Assembly (NCBI GenBank): GCA_963514005.1
Contig: OY740782.1
Location: forward strand, 105,772,001-105,836,000
DNA from: Raja brachyura
Taxonomy: Eukaryota
Direction of reading: 5' to 3'
Length of the DNA: 64,000 nt
Positions 25,137 through 35,693 of this stretch are shown in pieces. The notes beneath the pieces were generated by a model. That model was not told the DNA's origin and made no database searches. It was given only the letters and a program-made list of their open reading frames with translations. A program made the position numbers and the translations under genes. Positions within the stretch are counted from its first letter, which is position 1; the number at the start of each line of letters is the position of its first letter.

Positions 25137-27133
25137 GCCAATAAATTCAAATGACTATGGCAGGGATGTGGTTCCCCTGTAACGGGGTTCGTCACCAATA
25201 GTGGGCAACCCTCCAAGAGGACCCATGGTTGACTGATCATACCAAGGACCACTGGATACCATGACTGAGTAGGCCAGTCAGGTATGATAAGGATGCCATT
25301 AGCAGCATCTAGCTGGATTTTCCGCAATACCCGACTGATGAGGCAAAATGGGGGAAATGCATAGAAAAACCATTTCCCCCAGTCTAGCGAGAAAGCGTCC
25401 ATCGCCATTGCCCCAGGATCTGGCTCCCATGATACATATGTTGGTACCTGATGGTTTAACCGTGACGCAAAAAGGTCAATATCCGGCTTACCAAATTTGG
25501 CTGTAATTTGTTCGAATATTTGGGAATTCAACATCCACTCGATGTTATCATTGAATTTCCGTGACCTGGTGTCCGCCACGATGTTGAGCTTACCTGGTAA
25601 ATAGGTAGCTGAAATCCAAATATTCCTTTGAATACACCAGAGCCAAATTGTATTAGCCAATTCATCACATGAAATTGACCTGGTACCACCCATATGATTT
25701 AGATATGCCACCGCAGTGGTGTTGTCTATTTGGAGACGGACATGAGTGTCAGTAAAGTTTGAACAATAAGCTCTGAGTCCGTGGAATGCCCCAAGCATCT
25801 CCAAATAATTTATCCCTTGTGCTAACAAAAGGGTAGATTCTAGTGAGTCCCATCTGCCCCCACAACTTGTGTTGTTGTCTGTAGCTCCCCAGCCATGGGA
25901 GCTTGCGTCTGTTTGTAAGTATACCACCGGACGAGGCACAATGATGGGTTTAAATGAGTTATGGATATTATCAATCCACCATTGTAACTCAATTTTTGCC
26001 TTGAGTGGCAGCTGCATAGGTCTATCAAAATGTCCAGCATTCAATTTTAATGCTGAAATCTTGGATCTTTGTAAATTTTGATAATGTAAAGGTCCAAATT
26101 GAGCAGCTCGAAAAACTGCTACGATTTTCCCAATTACCTTAGCAGTTTGTCTAATTGATGGCATACTGGCGCAGACCAGGTTCTTGCATGTTTGGATGAC
26201 ATCCCCAACCTTGTTAGTTGGTATGGTGGCAATCATGTGATTGGAATCTATCGTGAACCCCAGATAGTCCATGATCTGTGAAGGACAGAACTTTGATTTA
26301 TCTAGATGGATAATAAATCCCATTTTTTGGAATATATCCACAGTGGCTGAAACTGCCAATTTTGCTGATTCCAATGTATGCCCAATAATGAGGATATCAT
26401 CTAGATAAGCCATGACCGTGTGATTTGCCCTCCTCAGTGTGGCTAACACTGGCTTGAGTAATTTGGTAAATAGTCTAGGGGCTGTGGTAAGCCCATTGGG
26501 CAAAGCTTTATATTGCCAAAGTTGATCCATCCAGATGAATTTCAAGAACTTCCTGTGATGTTTCTGAACGGATACTGAATAGTATGCATCTTTCAAGTCA
26601 ATGCATGCCATGAAGCAGCCCTCAGAAATCAAAGATTTGGCTGTTTCAAACGTGTCCATTTTGAAATGGGTATATTGTACAAAGGTATTCAAATGGGTTA
26701 GATCTATAATGACCCGACATCCACCATCTTTTTTGGTTTTAGTAAATATATTGGATACAAACTCAACCGGCTCATGTGTAGTTCTTTCTATCACACCTTT
26801 CTCCAGGAGTCTTAATATTTCAGCATAGCCTACTGCTGTTTCCTTCTTGGAAAGTGCAAATCTGCGATTCGGCATATGCTGAGGTGGAGGAATTTGGCCA
26901 TTTGTAAACTCAATCTCATAACCCTGAATACTTTGTAGAATAAACTCATCTGAGGTGATGGTTTCCCATGCCTCCTTGAACCCCCGTAACCTACCCCCAA
27001 CATGTGAGGTTAGACATGCCAGTGTATGAAAACCAGACCCCCTTACCTTCATGGTTATCGGTGGTCCCTGACGTTTTTGGTGGGACGTGGAGGTGCTGGG
27101 TTGCGCTGGAAATACGGAAACCGCATTTTCCAT
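25124..27133 (-). CDS. pol: DIRS Pol: reverse transcriptase, RNase H and adenine-methyltransferase-like domain (likely real start is the ATG at 27052)
   Basis: Uninterrupted 669-aa ORF: IDLKDAYY, LPNGLTTAPRLFTK, YLDD (RT); TDAS..GWG, INYLE, DN.T, AD..SR (RNase H); IDLFAS..N, DAF..DW, YAFPPF, P.WP.Q.W (MT). Confidence 0.95.
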   Translation of the reverse strand: MENAVSVFPAQPSTSTSHQKRQGPPITMKVRGSGFHTLACLTSHVGGRLRGFKEAWETITSDEFILQSIQGYEIEFTNGQIPPPQHMPNRRFALSKKETAVGYAEILRLLEKGVIERTTHEPVEFVSNIFTKTKKDGGCRVIIDLTHLNTFVQYTHFKMDTFETAKSLISEGCFMACIDLKDAYYSVSVQKHHRKFLKFIWMDQLWQYKALPNGLTTAPRLFTKLLKPVLATLRRANHTVMAYLDDILIIGHTLESAKLAVSATVDIFQKMGFIIHLDKSKFCPSQIMDYLGFTIDSNHMIATIPTNKVGDVIQTCKNLVCASMPSIRQTAKVIGKIVAVFRAAQFGPLHYQNLQRSKISALKLNAGHFDRPMQLPLKAKIELQWWIDNIHNSFKPIIVPRPVVYLQTDASSHGWGATDNNTSCGGRWDSLESTLLLAQGINYLEMLGAFHGLRAYCSNFTDTHVRLQIDNTTAVAYLNHMGGTRSISCDELANTIWLWCIQRNIWISATYLPGKLNIVADTRSRKFNDNIEWMLNSQIFEQITAKFGKPDIDLFASRLNHQVPTYVSWEPDPGAMAMDAFSLDWGKWFFYAFPPFCLISRVLRKIQLDAANGILIIPDWPTQSWYPVVLGMISQPWVLLEGCPLLVTNPVTGEPHPCHSHLNLLACRI

Positions 27134-28197
27134 GCTGGCCGTTGAGGGCCCAGCCCTAAAAAAGGCCTGGGCTGTTGAGGCTGTTGGTACATAGGAGGCG
27201 CCGGAACGTAGGTCCTTGTTGGCCTATCGGTAGGACCTCGTGGCCTGAAAAACTGTGTTTTCTTGGCCGTCTGTCTGGTCACGGTGTGTGACCTCATCAG
27301 ACCCACTGTTTTGGCATGATCATCTAGGTCTTTGACCTGCTTCGGGAGGTCTTCACCGAATAGCTGCCTGGGTGGTGGTGTTGGAGGTGCTCTACATAAC
27401 CCCGCAAATTTGGGGTTTAATATCGGCTTGATAATACTTTTCCTGAAAGCATTAATTTCGTATTGCGTGTTGCAAAGTAGAGCCAGTGCATCCTCCTGTT
27501 CGATGCTCAAGTCCACTCCATCCACCGACCTTGCAAACGCAGTAATCCCAGATGTGAGCAACTTCAGGGTTCTCTGTAATTTTACTTCCTGAGTGCGAAT
27601 GCCCGGGCTGATATTGCCCCAAATCGGCATATTGACTGTAGGCACATTGAGCGAATTACAATTGCCCGGCGCCTTGTGTCTATCCATGGCCTTTGCAAGG
27701 ACCTCCTCCTGTAGTTGATGATTCGTGAGGAAATCTATGGTAGCAGCCAGCTTGGTATCGAGGGGTTGGCCCGATGAAACGGGTAATCCAAACTTGGCTG
27801 CCACGTCCAGGAGCTCTTCCTGGGGAACTTCAGGTGCAACTGGGGCATGTACCAAAATTTCCTCCTCTTCTGGCCTCATGCTGCCCATAGATGATGGGGA
27901 TATGTTCATAAGTCCCCTGGAACTGTGGGCTTCCTGTCTTTGATTAAGCAGGAGTTGTTCCATTATCCTCTCCATCCGGTCTATGCGCCCTTCATCTTGC
28001 ATGAATGGGCGATTAGAGTCCTCATGCCCGAAGGAACTTCTGAGGCTCCTATCATCGGCCCGTACCTCGTCGAGGTAATGTCGGTGCCGTGACGGTAAGT
28101 CGCTTCCAGCCGCCTCAGTAATACTGAACGACTCCCGCGCGGATCTGCTCATACGCCTTCTTTTGGCTGAGCTGCATCCGGCTGCCTCCGAGGGCAT
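27055..28197 (-). CDS. gag: DIRS ORF1 (gag-like), C-terminal part
   Basis: 380-aa ORF directly upstream of pol; PGNC..L.VP.VN..IW, D/E.KLQ and LFGEDL motifs. Confidence 0.85.
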   Translation of the reverse strand: MPSEAAGCSSAKRRRMSRSARESFSITEAAGSDLPSRHRHYLDEVRADDRSLRSSFGHEDSNRPFMQDEGRIDRMERIMEQLLLNQRQEAHSSRGLMNISPSSMGSMRPEEEEILVHAPVAPEVPQEELLDVAAKFGLPVSSGQPLDTKLAATIDFLTNHQLQEEVLAKAMDRHKAPGNCNSLNVPTVNMPIWGNISPGIRTQEVKLQRTLKLLTSGITAFARSVDGVDLSIEQEDALALLCNTQYEINAFRKSIIKPILNPKFAGLCRAPPTPPPRQLFGEDLPKQVKDLDDHAKTVGLMRSHTVTRQTAKKTQFFRPRGPTDRPTRTYVPAPPMYQQPQQPRPFLGLGPQRPAWKMRFPYFQRNPAPPRPTKNVRDHR

Positions 28198-28218
28198 ATG
28201 CGGTGATAAGTCGGCACC

Positions 28219-28818
28219 CTACGCCTCGGCGTGGTGACCCGACATCCGCGCGGGCTTGCCGACTGTCCTTTTTCTGGACCCAGACGGCGTACGGTCCCGT
28301 CCATCCCCCAGCGGGGGAAGCGGTGACCGTGGCGAGCCTCCACCTGTGTGACTCCTCCTGGTCCGACTAGGTGGTGAGTCTCTACTGGCCCTCCTTGGTC
28401 TGCCAGTGGACTCAGGTCTCGCTGCTACACCAGGCCGCGATCTAGCGGCTCCTGGTGAACCCTCTGCCCGAAAAGGGCTAGGTTCTCGAGCTCTATCCCT
28501 GGCTCTACTATGAGGGCTCAGGGAGAAGGGCCGTGCAGCAGCACGTAAACCCTTTTTGCTCGCCTCTGCCAATGATCCAGTTGGCGAGAGGGAAATGGAG
28601 TCAGGGTCCACCTGCTCCGGCGCTATTCCGACTTCTTGCTCTGCGGGAACCCCGCTAGAGCTCAGCTGTGCCGGTGATTCGGGTCCTGTGACTACAGGGC
28701 TCCCCGATTTGCACGCCTTTTTCCCGGTCCTTCCAGCGGGTGCTGTAGAAGGGAACTCCGGGCTTGGTGGCCTGCAGATCCTTCCGGACGTCCTGCGGCC
28801 CTTACTTCTTCTGTCCAT
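28219..28818 (-). CDS. DIRS ORF1 N-terminal Ser/Arg/Pro-rich part, in frame with 27055-28197 across a single TAG
   Basis: ATG at 28818; TAG at 28219-28221 is followed by seven sense codons and then the ATG at 28197 in the same frame. Confidence 0.6.
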   Translation of the reverse strand: MDRRSKGRRTSGRICRPPSPEFPSTAPAGRTGKKACKSGSPVVTGPESPAQLSSSGVPAEQEVGIAPEQVDPDSISLSPTGSLAEASKKGLRAAARPFSLSPHSRARDRAREPSPFRAEGSPGAARSRPGVAARPESTGRPRRASRDSPPSRTRRSHTGGGSPRSPLPPLGDGRDRTPSGSRKRTVGKPARMSGHHAEA

Positions 28819-29114
28819 GTTTCTCTGTAGGAAAAAATACTAACAGACAAACCAACCAGCTCAAGGTTGATTATACTTACCTGAGTTGGTCCTTATGAGG
28901 GCTGGTGGTGAGCCGCGCTCCTCCTCCAGCCGTCGACTGCAAATGCGAGCGACGATATGTCGCGCATGCGTGCTGGCGGGTTCTTCACGAAGTCACTCAC
29001 GTGACTCCGAAATGAAATTGTATTACATAATGTATGTACAGAGTGGAATACAATGAGCGAATAAACACACGCAAGTGAATTCTGTTCTGAAGCCAGTTTT
29101 TCAAACTCTATGCC

Positions 29115-30072
29115 GAGCAATGTTACAAAATGTTGAGATTTAAAAAATCAAGTCTGCAATTTATCCCATCAGATAAAGCATAAAAATAAGTTTAATTTGA
29201 CACCTAATTCACTTTCATATCTTCAGTATTAAAAAAGGTATGGCCACTTTTATACTCAGAAATTAGCATCTTGTTCCCTATTGCTTTTCCATTGACTTAA
29301 CACAAAAGCTGTGATCAAGGACAGACAAAAGCCCATAACTTTCTTAAAAATTAAGAGAACTGAATGAAATTTTCAGTTATTACAGACTGAAGCATTCTGA
29401 AACAAATATGAAACAAGCTTACTTAGATGACCTGAAATTAAATCATATAATTAGTTAGTTATCTAATTGTAGCTAATTACAAAATTTAATTACTAGATCT
29501 AAACATCTATTCATTTCTTAACACAAGGTTAACATTTTTAAAAAGCCTAAGTGTCCAAATAACATTCACACAAGAATTCACATTATAACATGATTTTTAA
29601 ATCTCATAGTCATGAATTGATAGGCCAAATTGAAGGAATTTTGTGTTTAATTCCTGCAAATGAATGGCCATTTAAATCAATTGGCGAGTGGATTTTAGTC
29701 GAACGCGATGGATTGGAACATTGCAGTTTGCGGTGAATTTAACCCCCCATAATGGCAGGAAAAATACTGCCGGTTCATATATTTTTTAAGTCACCTTTTC
29801 GCAACATTAAATTTTGATTAAAGGCTTCCTAAGAAGCACAGTTTTAATGTAAAAATAAAGTGTGTACCTTCTTTTGTCCCCAACGTGAGATCCATCCCAT
29901 TGTCGGCGTTGACGGCATCAGAAGATGATTTTTAATTTACTCCTGCTTTTAATTTTTCCAGCGCTAATTTTAATAAACTTAATAAAACGGCAGTCGAAGG
30001 GATTTTTCTTCAGCAACTAAAATCGCATTTTAAACCCGCCCCCCACTCCCCCCCCCCCCCCCAAACCCCCCC
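29115..30072 (-). mobile_element. TIR DNA transposon family, copy 2, truncated at its poly-C tract
   Basis: Colinear with 58494-59420; the second TIR is missing. Confidence 0.85.
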
Positions 30073-30104
30073 ACTGAGAAATTCTCTAATCATCAATCTT
30101 TTTT

Positions 30105-30416
30105 TTTAGTTTAGTTTGGAGATACAGCACAGAAACAGGCACTTTGGCCCACGCCAACCAGCAATCCCCGCATATTAACACTATCCTACACCCACTAGGG
30201 ACAATTTTTACATTTACAATGCCAATTGACCTACAACTCTGTACGTCTTTGGAATGTGGGGGGAAACCGAAGATCTCGGAGAAAACCCACGCAGGTTCTA
30301 GGAGAGAACATACAAACTCCGTACAGACAGCACCCATAATCGGGATCAAACCCTGGTCTCCAGCATTGCATTCGCTGTAAGGCAGCAACTCTACCACTGT
30401 GCAACCATGACTGCCC
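30105..30416 (-). mobile_element. tRNA-derived SINE (HE1/V-SINE-like)
   Basis: Reverse homologue of 13047-13326. Confidence 0.85.
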
Positions 30417-30430
30417 AATCCTGTAGTTTG

Positions 30431-32021
30431 TATGGTGCCGCCATCTAGTGATTAGGTCACTTACTGAGCGAACCCTCGGCACTAGGACTGGTAGGGTCAT
30501 GTGATTGTGTTTGGCAGGAAGAAGACGTTACGGGTTTGGGGGATGTGCCCTGGTAGTTAGTCAGAACTCTGGGAGAGCCCTCACCAGACGCGTGTATACT
30601 GTTCACTGTATTGCTTAATAAAGATCACTTTCGATTCACAACACGTGGTTCGCTATAATGGTGGCCCTGGTGATCCAAAATGGTTATTTTGGATTTGCAT
30701 AATGGATGCAGCCAACGATCTACCCCAACAACACGAAATCACCATCAATCCAGCCCAGCAGAATGCCTTCTCTCTTATGCTGCCCTTGTTCTGGACATTG
30801 CAGCCCCAAGTGTGGTTTCAGCAGGCAGAGGCCCAGTTCCACATCAGACACATCACGGCTGAAAACACCAAGTACTATTAGGTGGTTGGCGCACTGGACC
30901 AGGAGATGGCTGTTTGCAATGTCCATTACCTACGTGCGCCACCGGCTGAGGACAAGTATGATGGTCTCAAAGCGCTCCTCCTGCGCACCCTTGGGCTCAG
31001 CCACCATGACTGAGCAGCGAGGCTCATGCACATGGGCGGTCTCGGCGATTGCAAGCCATCTGTGCTGATGAGTTAAATGCTTATCCTAATGGACAGTCCT
31101 CAGCCCCGTCTCCTATTTGAACGCGCTTTCCAGGAGCAGATGCTGGACGACATCCACCTGCTCCTCACGGGTGAGAATTTTAATGACCCCCTGCAGCCAG
31201 CGGAGAGTGCGGATGAGCGGAGGCAGTCCAAGCAGCACGGTGGCGCTTCGATCGATTGGGTGTCGGCAGTGCCTTGGAAGGCCCAGCGACCATGCCCTGT
31301 ATCCACCAGGGGATCGGCTGTGCAGCTGGTCCGGGCAACGCCAGTAAAGGGAAGTGGTACTACTATCATCAGCGCTGGGGTTCTGCAGCCCAAATGTGCC
31401 TCCCGCCCTGCTCGTATCCAGGAAACGCTGGGGCCGGCCGCCAGTAGTCGCTGCAGTGGCCAGCCAGAAACAACGCCTCTACGCTTGGGACCGACATTCG
31501 GGACGACGGTTCCTCATTGATACGGGTGCAGAGGTTAGCGTTTTGCCCCCATTGGGGGATCGACACTCGTTCTGGCAAGTAGCGTCCCTCTCTAACTGCA
31601 GTAAATGGCAGCTCCATCCGGACATATGGGGTACGCATGGTCCTGCTCATCTTTGGCCCATCATTTTACCTGGACTTTTATAGTTGCTGACGGGCTCAAT
31701 CTCTGTTGGTGGATGTGAGGGGGCAGAGCCTCGTTCGTCTGCTGGTTTGTTTTTGTGCCTCCGATTCGGGGGGGGGGGGGGGGGGGGGGGTGCTGTGGCA
31801 CCACCTGGTGGGTAGGCCACTAACTGAGCAAATCCTCAACACTAGGACTGGCAGGGTCATGTGACTGTGTTTGGCGGGAAGAAGATGTCAAGGGGTTGGG
31901 GGGGGGGGGTGTCCTGGTAGTTAGTCAGAACTCTGGGAGAACCCTCACCAGACACGTGTGTGCTGTTCACTGTATTGCTTAATAAAGATCACTTTTGATT
32001 CACAACGAGTGGCTCACTATA
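30431..32021 (+). mobile_element. Internally deleted Gypsy LTR element (CsRN1-like): LTR, PBS, gag, protease, PPT, LTR
   Basis: LTRs ~30431-30657 and ~31794-32021; degenerate tRNA-Trp-type PBS at 30659; gag LPLFW..QP.VWF.QAEAQF....IT...TKYY with stops; protease FLIDTGAEVSVLP; G-run PPT; no RT or integrase. Confidence 0.88.
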
Positions 32022-32877
32022 GTATTTACAGTTATACAATTGGGACCTTACTAGTGAATAGACTCACATTTATGTGTGCAATGATAACAAGTATAGAAAG
32101 CAATGCAATTTCAGCAATATTACTGGGATAGTTTGAAAGTCACCATTAGCTTGGGAAAGAAAAAATTGAGATTAGTAACTGCACGATGATCATTTTACAC
32201 TATCACACGATCCATCATGCTTTTTATGAATCGATAGAAACTGTTCACAAACAATTTACGATAAATACTTTGTTTCTTTAAATCTTTATGTTTTCTCAGA
32301 TGGATTTCTGCAATCCTGTATCCCCTTAGCAAGAGAAATGAAGCCATGTCACAGCATAGTTTTCAGCATTTCAGCTTTCATTGATGGTGCAGCATTGCAA
32401 TGAGGGGCAGAGTTTCCTGATAAAGTCAGAGCTGTTAATAATTGAACAAACATCTATGCTTCATTTCTGGCACTTAAAAACAGTTGGAAGTCTCTGAAAC
32501 ATGCCAATTTTAACCGCTCAACGTGCACATGCTGTTTATGGATTTTAGCTGAGAGGGATCTGACCTAAAATTGTTGCCAATGTGCATTGCTTTATCCCAT
32601 CAAAAGCCTCAATAATTTAACACCTGCAATACTAAACCAGCGCAGGGAGCAGTTTTTATTTGAGGTTATGATGGTTCTTTGGTCTCACCCACAGAGACAT
32701 CATATCTAATTCTCACCTCAAGAACATTAGTTGATCATATCAATATCTGAACCTCTGAACCATTTGTGGTAAGAGATAGTTGATTATCTTCAAAAAGATA
32801 GAATAAACAGGAAATAACCACGTACTTTATCACTGGCTACATGCTGTCGGTCCATAAGTGAAAACATTTGTGATTTA

Positions 32878-33195
32878 TGGGCCTGTCCCACTTAGGCGAC
32901 TATTCAGGCGACTGCAGTCGCCACATGGTCGCCACATGTTCGCAGGTAATTGCCAGGGAGTTGCCCTCATGGTTGTGAGGAGAAGGTAAGCAGTAGTTTT
33001 CAGAACTAAGGAACCGACCGGTAATGTTAAATGTCTGCCGAACTTCACAGAAGTGTATCTCTGGGTTCTTAAAGGTTGTCTCCACTCCTTCTCCCCCCCT
33101 TCTCTTTTAATGGACTTACCGAACACTGTGCTTTAGCTGTATTAATTACAGCAACAACCTTCCTGTTCAAAAATCGCCTAAGTAGTACAGGCCCA
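32878..33195. mobile_element. PIF/Harbinger-like MITE
   Basis: TIR TGGGCCTGTCCCACTTAGGCGA with TTA target duplication. Confidence 0.8.
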
Positions 33196-33634
33196 TTACT
33201 TCCCAAGAAACCAACTCTCACTCGATGATGCTGATTCATGAAAAGCTGAATTTTACTTTACCAAAAATCAATACCCATTTTTATTCTGTTTGGATCAATC
33301 AGTCCAAGTGGTGAAGGTGGCCTTTGCATTGAATGCAAGCCTGAATGGAAACATTATCTTTGCCACAGGATTGTTACCTTTGAAGAAAAAACAGAGCTGC
33401 TACATATCTAAGATAGAAGAGGCATTCACACAAACCTCCGGTTACTGACAAGATTCAACTATTGTGATAAAAAGCTTATGGATCTTTGAATTTTAATGTC
33501 GGTAAGATCAATTTTAATTATACAACATAATCTTGGCACACTTCAGAAGCATCTAATTCATACTTTGATCAGTTAGCCGACTTGAGATAATGAGTAGCGT
33601 TTAAAAAATGATCAGATGTAGTTAATATTAACAA

Positions 33635-33683
33635 TCTATATACTATTACTAAAACTCTTTGTCTTGTTTGTGGCTGTGTGTGG

Positions 33684-33740
<57 letters not shown>

Positions 33741-34965
33741 AATTTCTATTTTCCTATTTTCTTCCAAATGTGAGGCCACAGCCTTCCCATTTTCACACAT
33801 TCTACTCACATTTTTCCCATCGAGGTGATAAACATCTTCCCGTTGCATTCCCATCTACATTTCTGCACTTTCTAAACGTTTAAACTTTTTTAAAAAGCAA
33901 GAAAACTCGCCCATTTCGGAAGAAAAACTTGGGTGATGTCACAATGGACTCGCAAGGCAGTACACTCCGGGAGGAAGGGGCCACTCCAGCACTCCCGAGT
34001 GATGTCACAATGGACTAGCAAGGCAAGATGGGAACACTCCGGGCGGGAGGGGCACTCCCGCACTTGTTCGGCAGCTGCCAGCGCCTAACGCCCTGGCTGG
34101 AGCTGAACCTGGTGCATGGGCTGGAGTGAGAGCCGAGCCCAGGGCTTGGGATGGGGCCGTGACCACCGCACCAGACGCCTGGTGCCAAGGGTGGAGCCCT
34201 GGGCCCTGGCTGGAGCCGAGGCTGGTGCTCGATCTGGAGTGAGAGCCGAGCCTGGGGTCGAAAAAAAGGAGATGGTGGGGGTATGGAGGAGGGAGATGGG
34301 GTGGGAGGGGGGAAATAGAGGGGGGGGTTGTGGAGTGGGGAAATGGAGGGGGGGTTGTGGAGGAGATGCGGGGTTGTGGAGGAAATGGGGGTGTGTGGAG
34401 AAGGGAGATGGGGGTGTGTGGAGGAGGGAGATGGGGAGGGGTAGAGGAGGGGGATGGGGGGGTGGAGGGAGATGCCCCCTCCCTATCTACCCTCAGTCCC
34501 ACCCACTCTACCCCCTACCTCTCTACCCCCTCCCTGCCCCCTTCCCTCTCCCTCCCTTGCCCTCTTCCTCTCTACCCTCCCTCCAACTTAACCGCCCTCT
34601 CTCTACCCCCTTCCTCTACCTACCTCCCTCTCGGCCCCTGTCCCTCTCTACCCCCCTCCCCTTCTACTCCCCTCACCTCCCCCTCCCTCTCTACCCCCTC
34701 CCTCTCCACCCCATCCCCTCTCCCTCTCTACCCCCACTCCCTCCCTGCCCCCCTCCCTCTCTATCACCCCTCCCTCTCTACCACCCTCCTCTCTAGGGAT
34801 TGAAGAGGGAGGGTGAAGATGGGGGATTAGGAGAAATGAGCTGTGCCAGCGCAGTTGGGGCTATGTGTGAGTTGTGCATTATTGCATTGGGGGAACGGCT
34901 TGTGCTGGTGAGTGGTGGAATCTTGGCTTGGGGGAACAGACCCAATGGGTCTACACGGGGTCTAG
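33635..34965 (+). mobile_element. Non-autonomous Helitron-like element containing (GT)n and purine/pyrimidine tracts
   Basis: 5' TCTATATACTATTACTAAAACTCT; 3' hairpin AGACCC-AAT-GGGTCT followed by CTAG; inserted between A and T with no TSD. Confidence 0.8.
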
Positions 34966-35693
34966 TGTAATATTAAAAAAATGCAATTAGCAGTTTTCAT
35001 TCGCCCATCTCTCATAATATCCGTTGCATCATTAACTGGCAGGGATGTCAGTACAAAACTTTGCACCACCTCTTAAAAAAATTGGATCACGGCATCTCAG
35101 ACATGAAGGAACGAAAAATCAACATTGACAAATATATTTTGAATGCATCCGATTAGATTGTCATATGCATTTTATTATATGATGATTTACAAAATCGTTA
35201 TATGATTTTATGATCATAACTTAGCTGTTAGTCATTGGTTAGAATGGGATATTTTAACTAGATTCGTGGATCTTGCACAAAACAGTCAGGCTTTCACTCT
35301 TTTAGGCAATTGCTGACAATTTCAGGACAGTTGAGACACAGAGCATGAAATCAAGCCCAATAGCACATTGAGCATATACTGACCATCACAAACTGATTGT
35401 CACTAATTATGTAAGGATCCTAATTTTATTCCCCCCACAACTATAATAAACACAAGATCACCATTAAAGTTTTAGGCTGAAACAGACAATTCCTTAGAGT
35501 TGGTGCAAGAAGTGCATTTAAAATAAGAAGCACTGTTTTATGAAGACAGACAAAAGTCCAGGTGGAAGCTGAATGAATTACTATCACTGTGCAGTCTCCC
35601 AATCCAACATTTGTGCTACAAATTCAGAAGTAGTCCAGTGGCATCAGCTAAATTGCTGGGGCAAATGTAGGCATTTCAGCACTCAATATCCTA

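Larger units (their letters stand above)
23673..29018 (-). mobile_element. Full-length DIRS retrotransposon (copy B)
   Basis: 31-bp ITR 23746-23776 / 28961-28991; right extension 23673-23751; ICR 23903-24015 is exactly complementary to both termini; gag-pol-YR order; AAT at both ends. Confidence 0.96.

Noticed and set aside
28825-28880. 56-nt GT-AG intron just before the ORF1 ATG
   Set aside because: Shorter than typical vertebrate introns, and the equivalent spacing in copy A is only ~25 nt; only the donor is kept as a candidate.
34005-34803. Long Pro/Gly-rich ORFs
   Set aside because: They arise from purine/pyrimidine low-complexity tracts.
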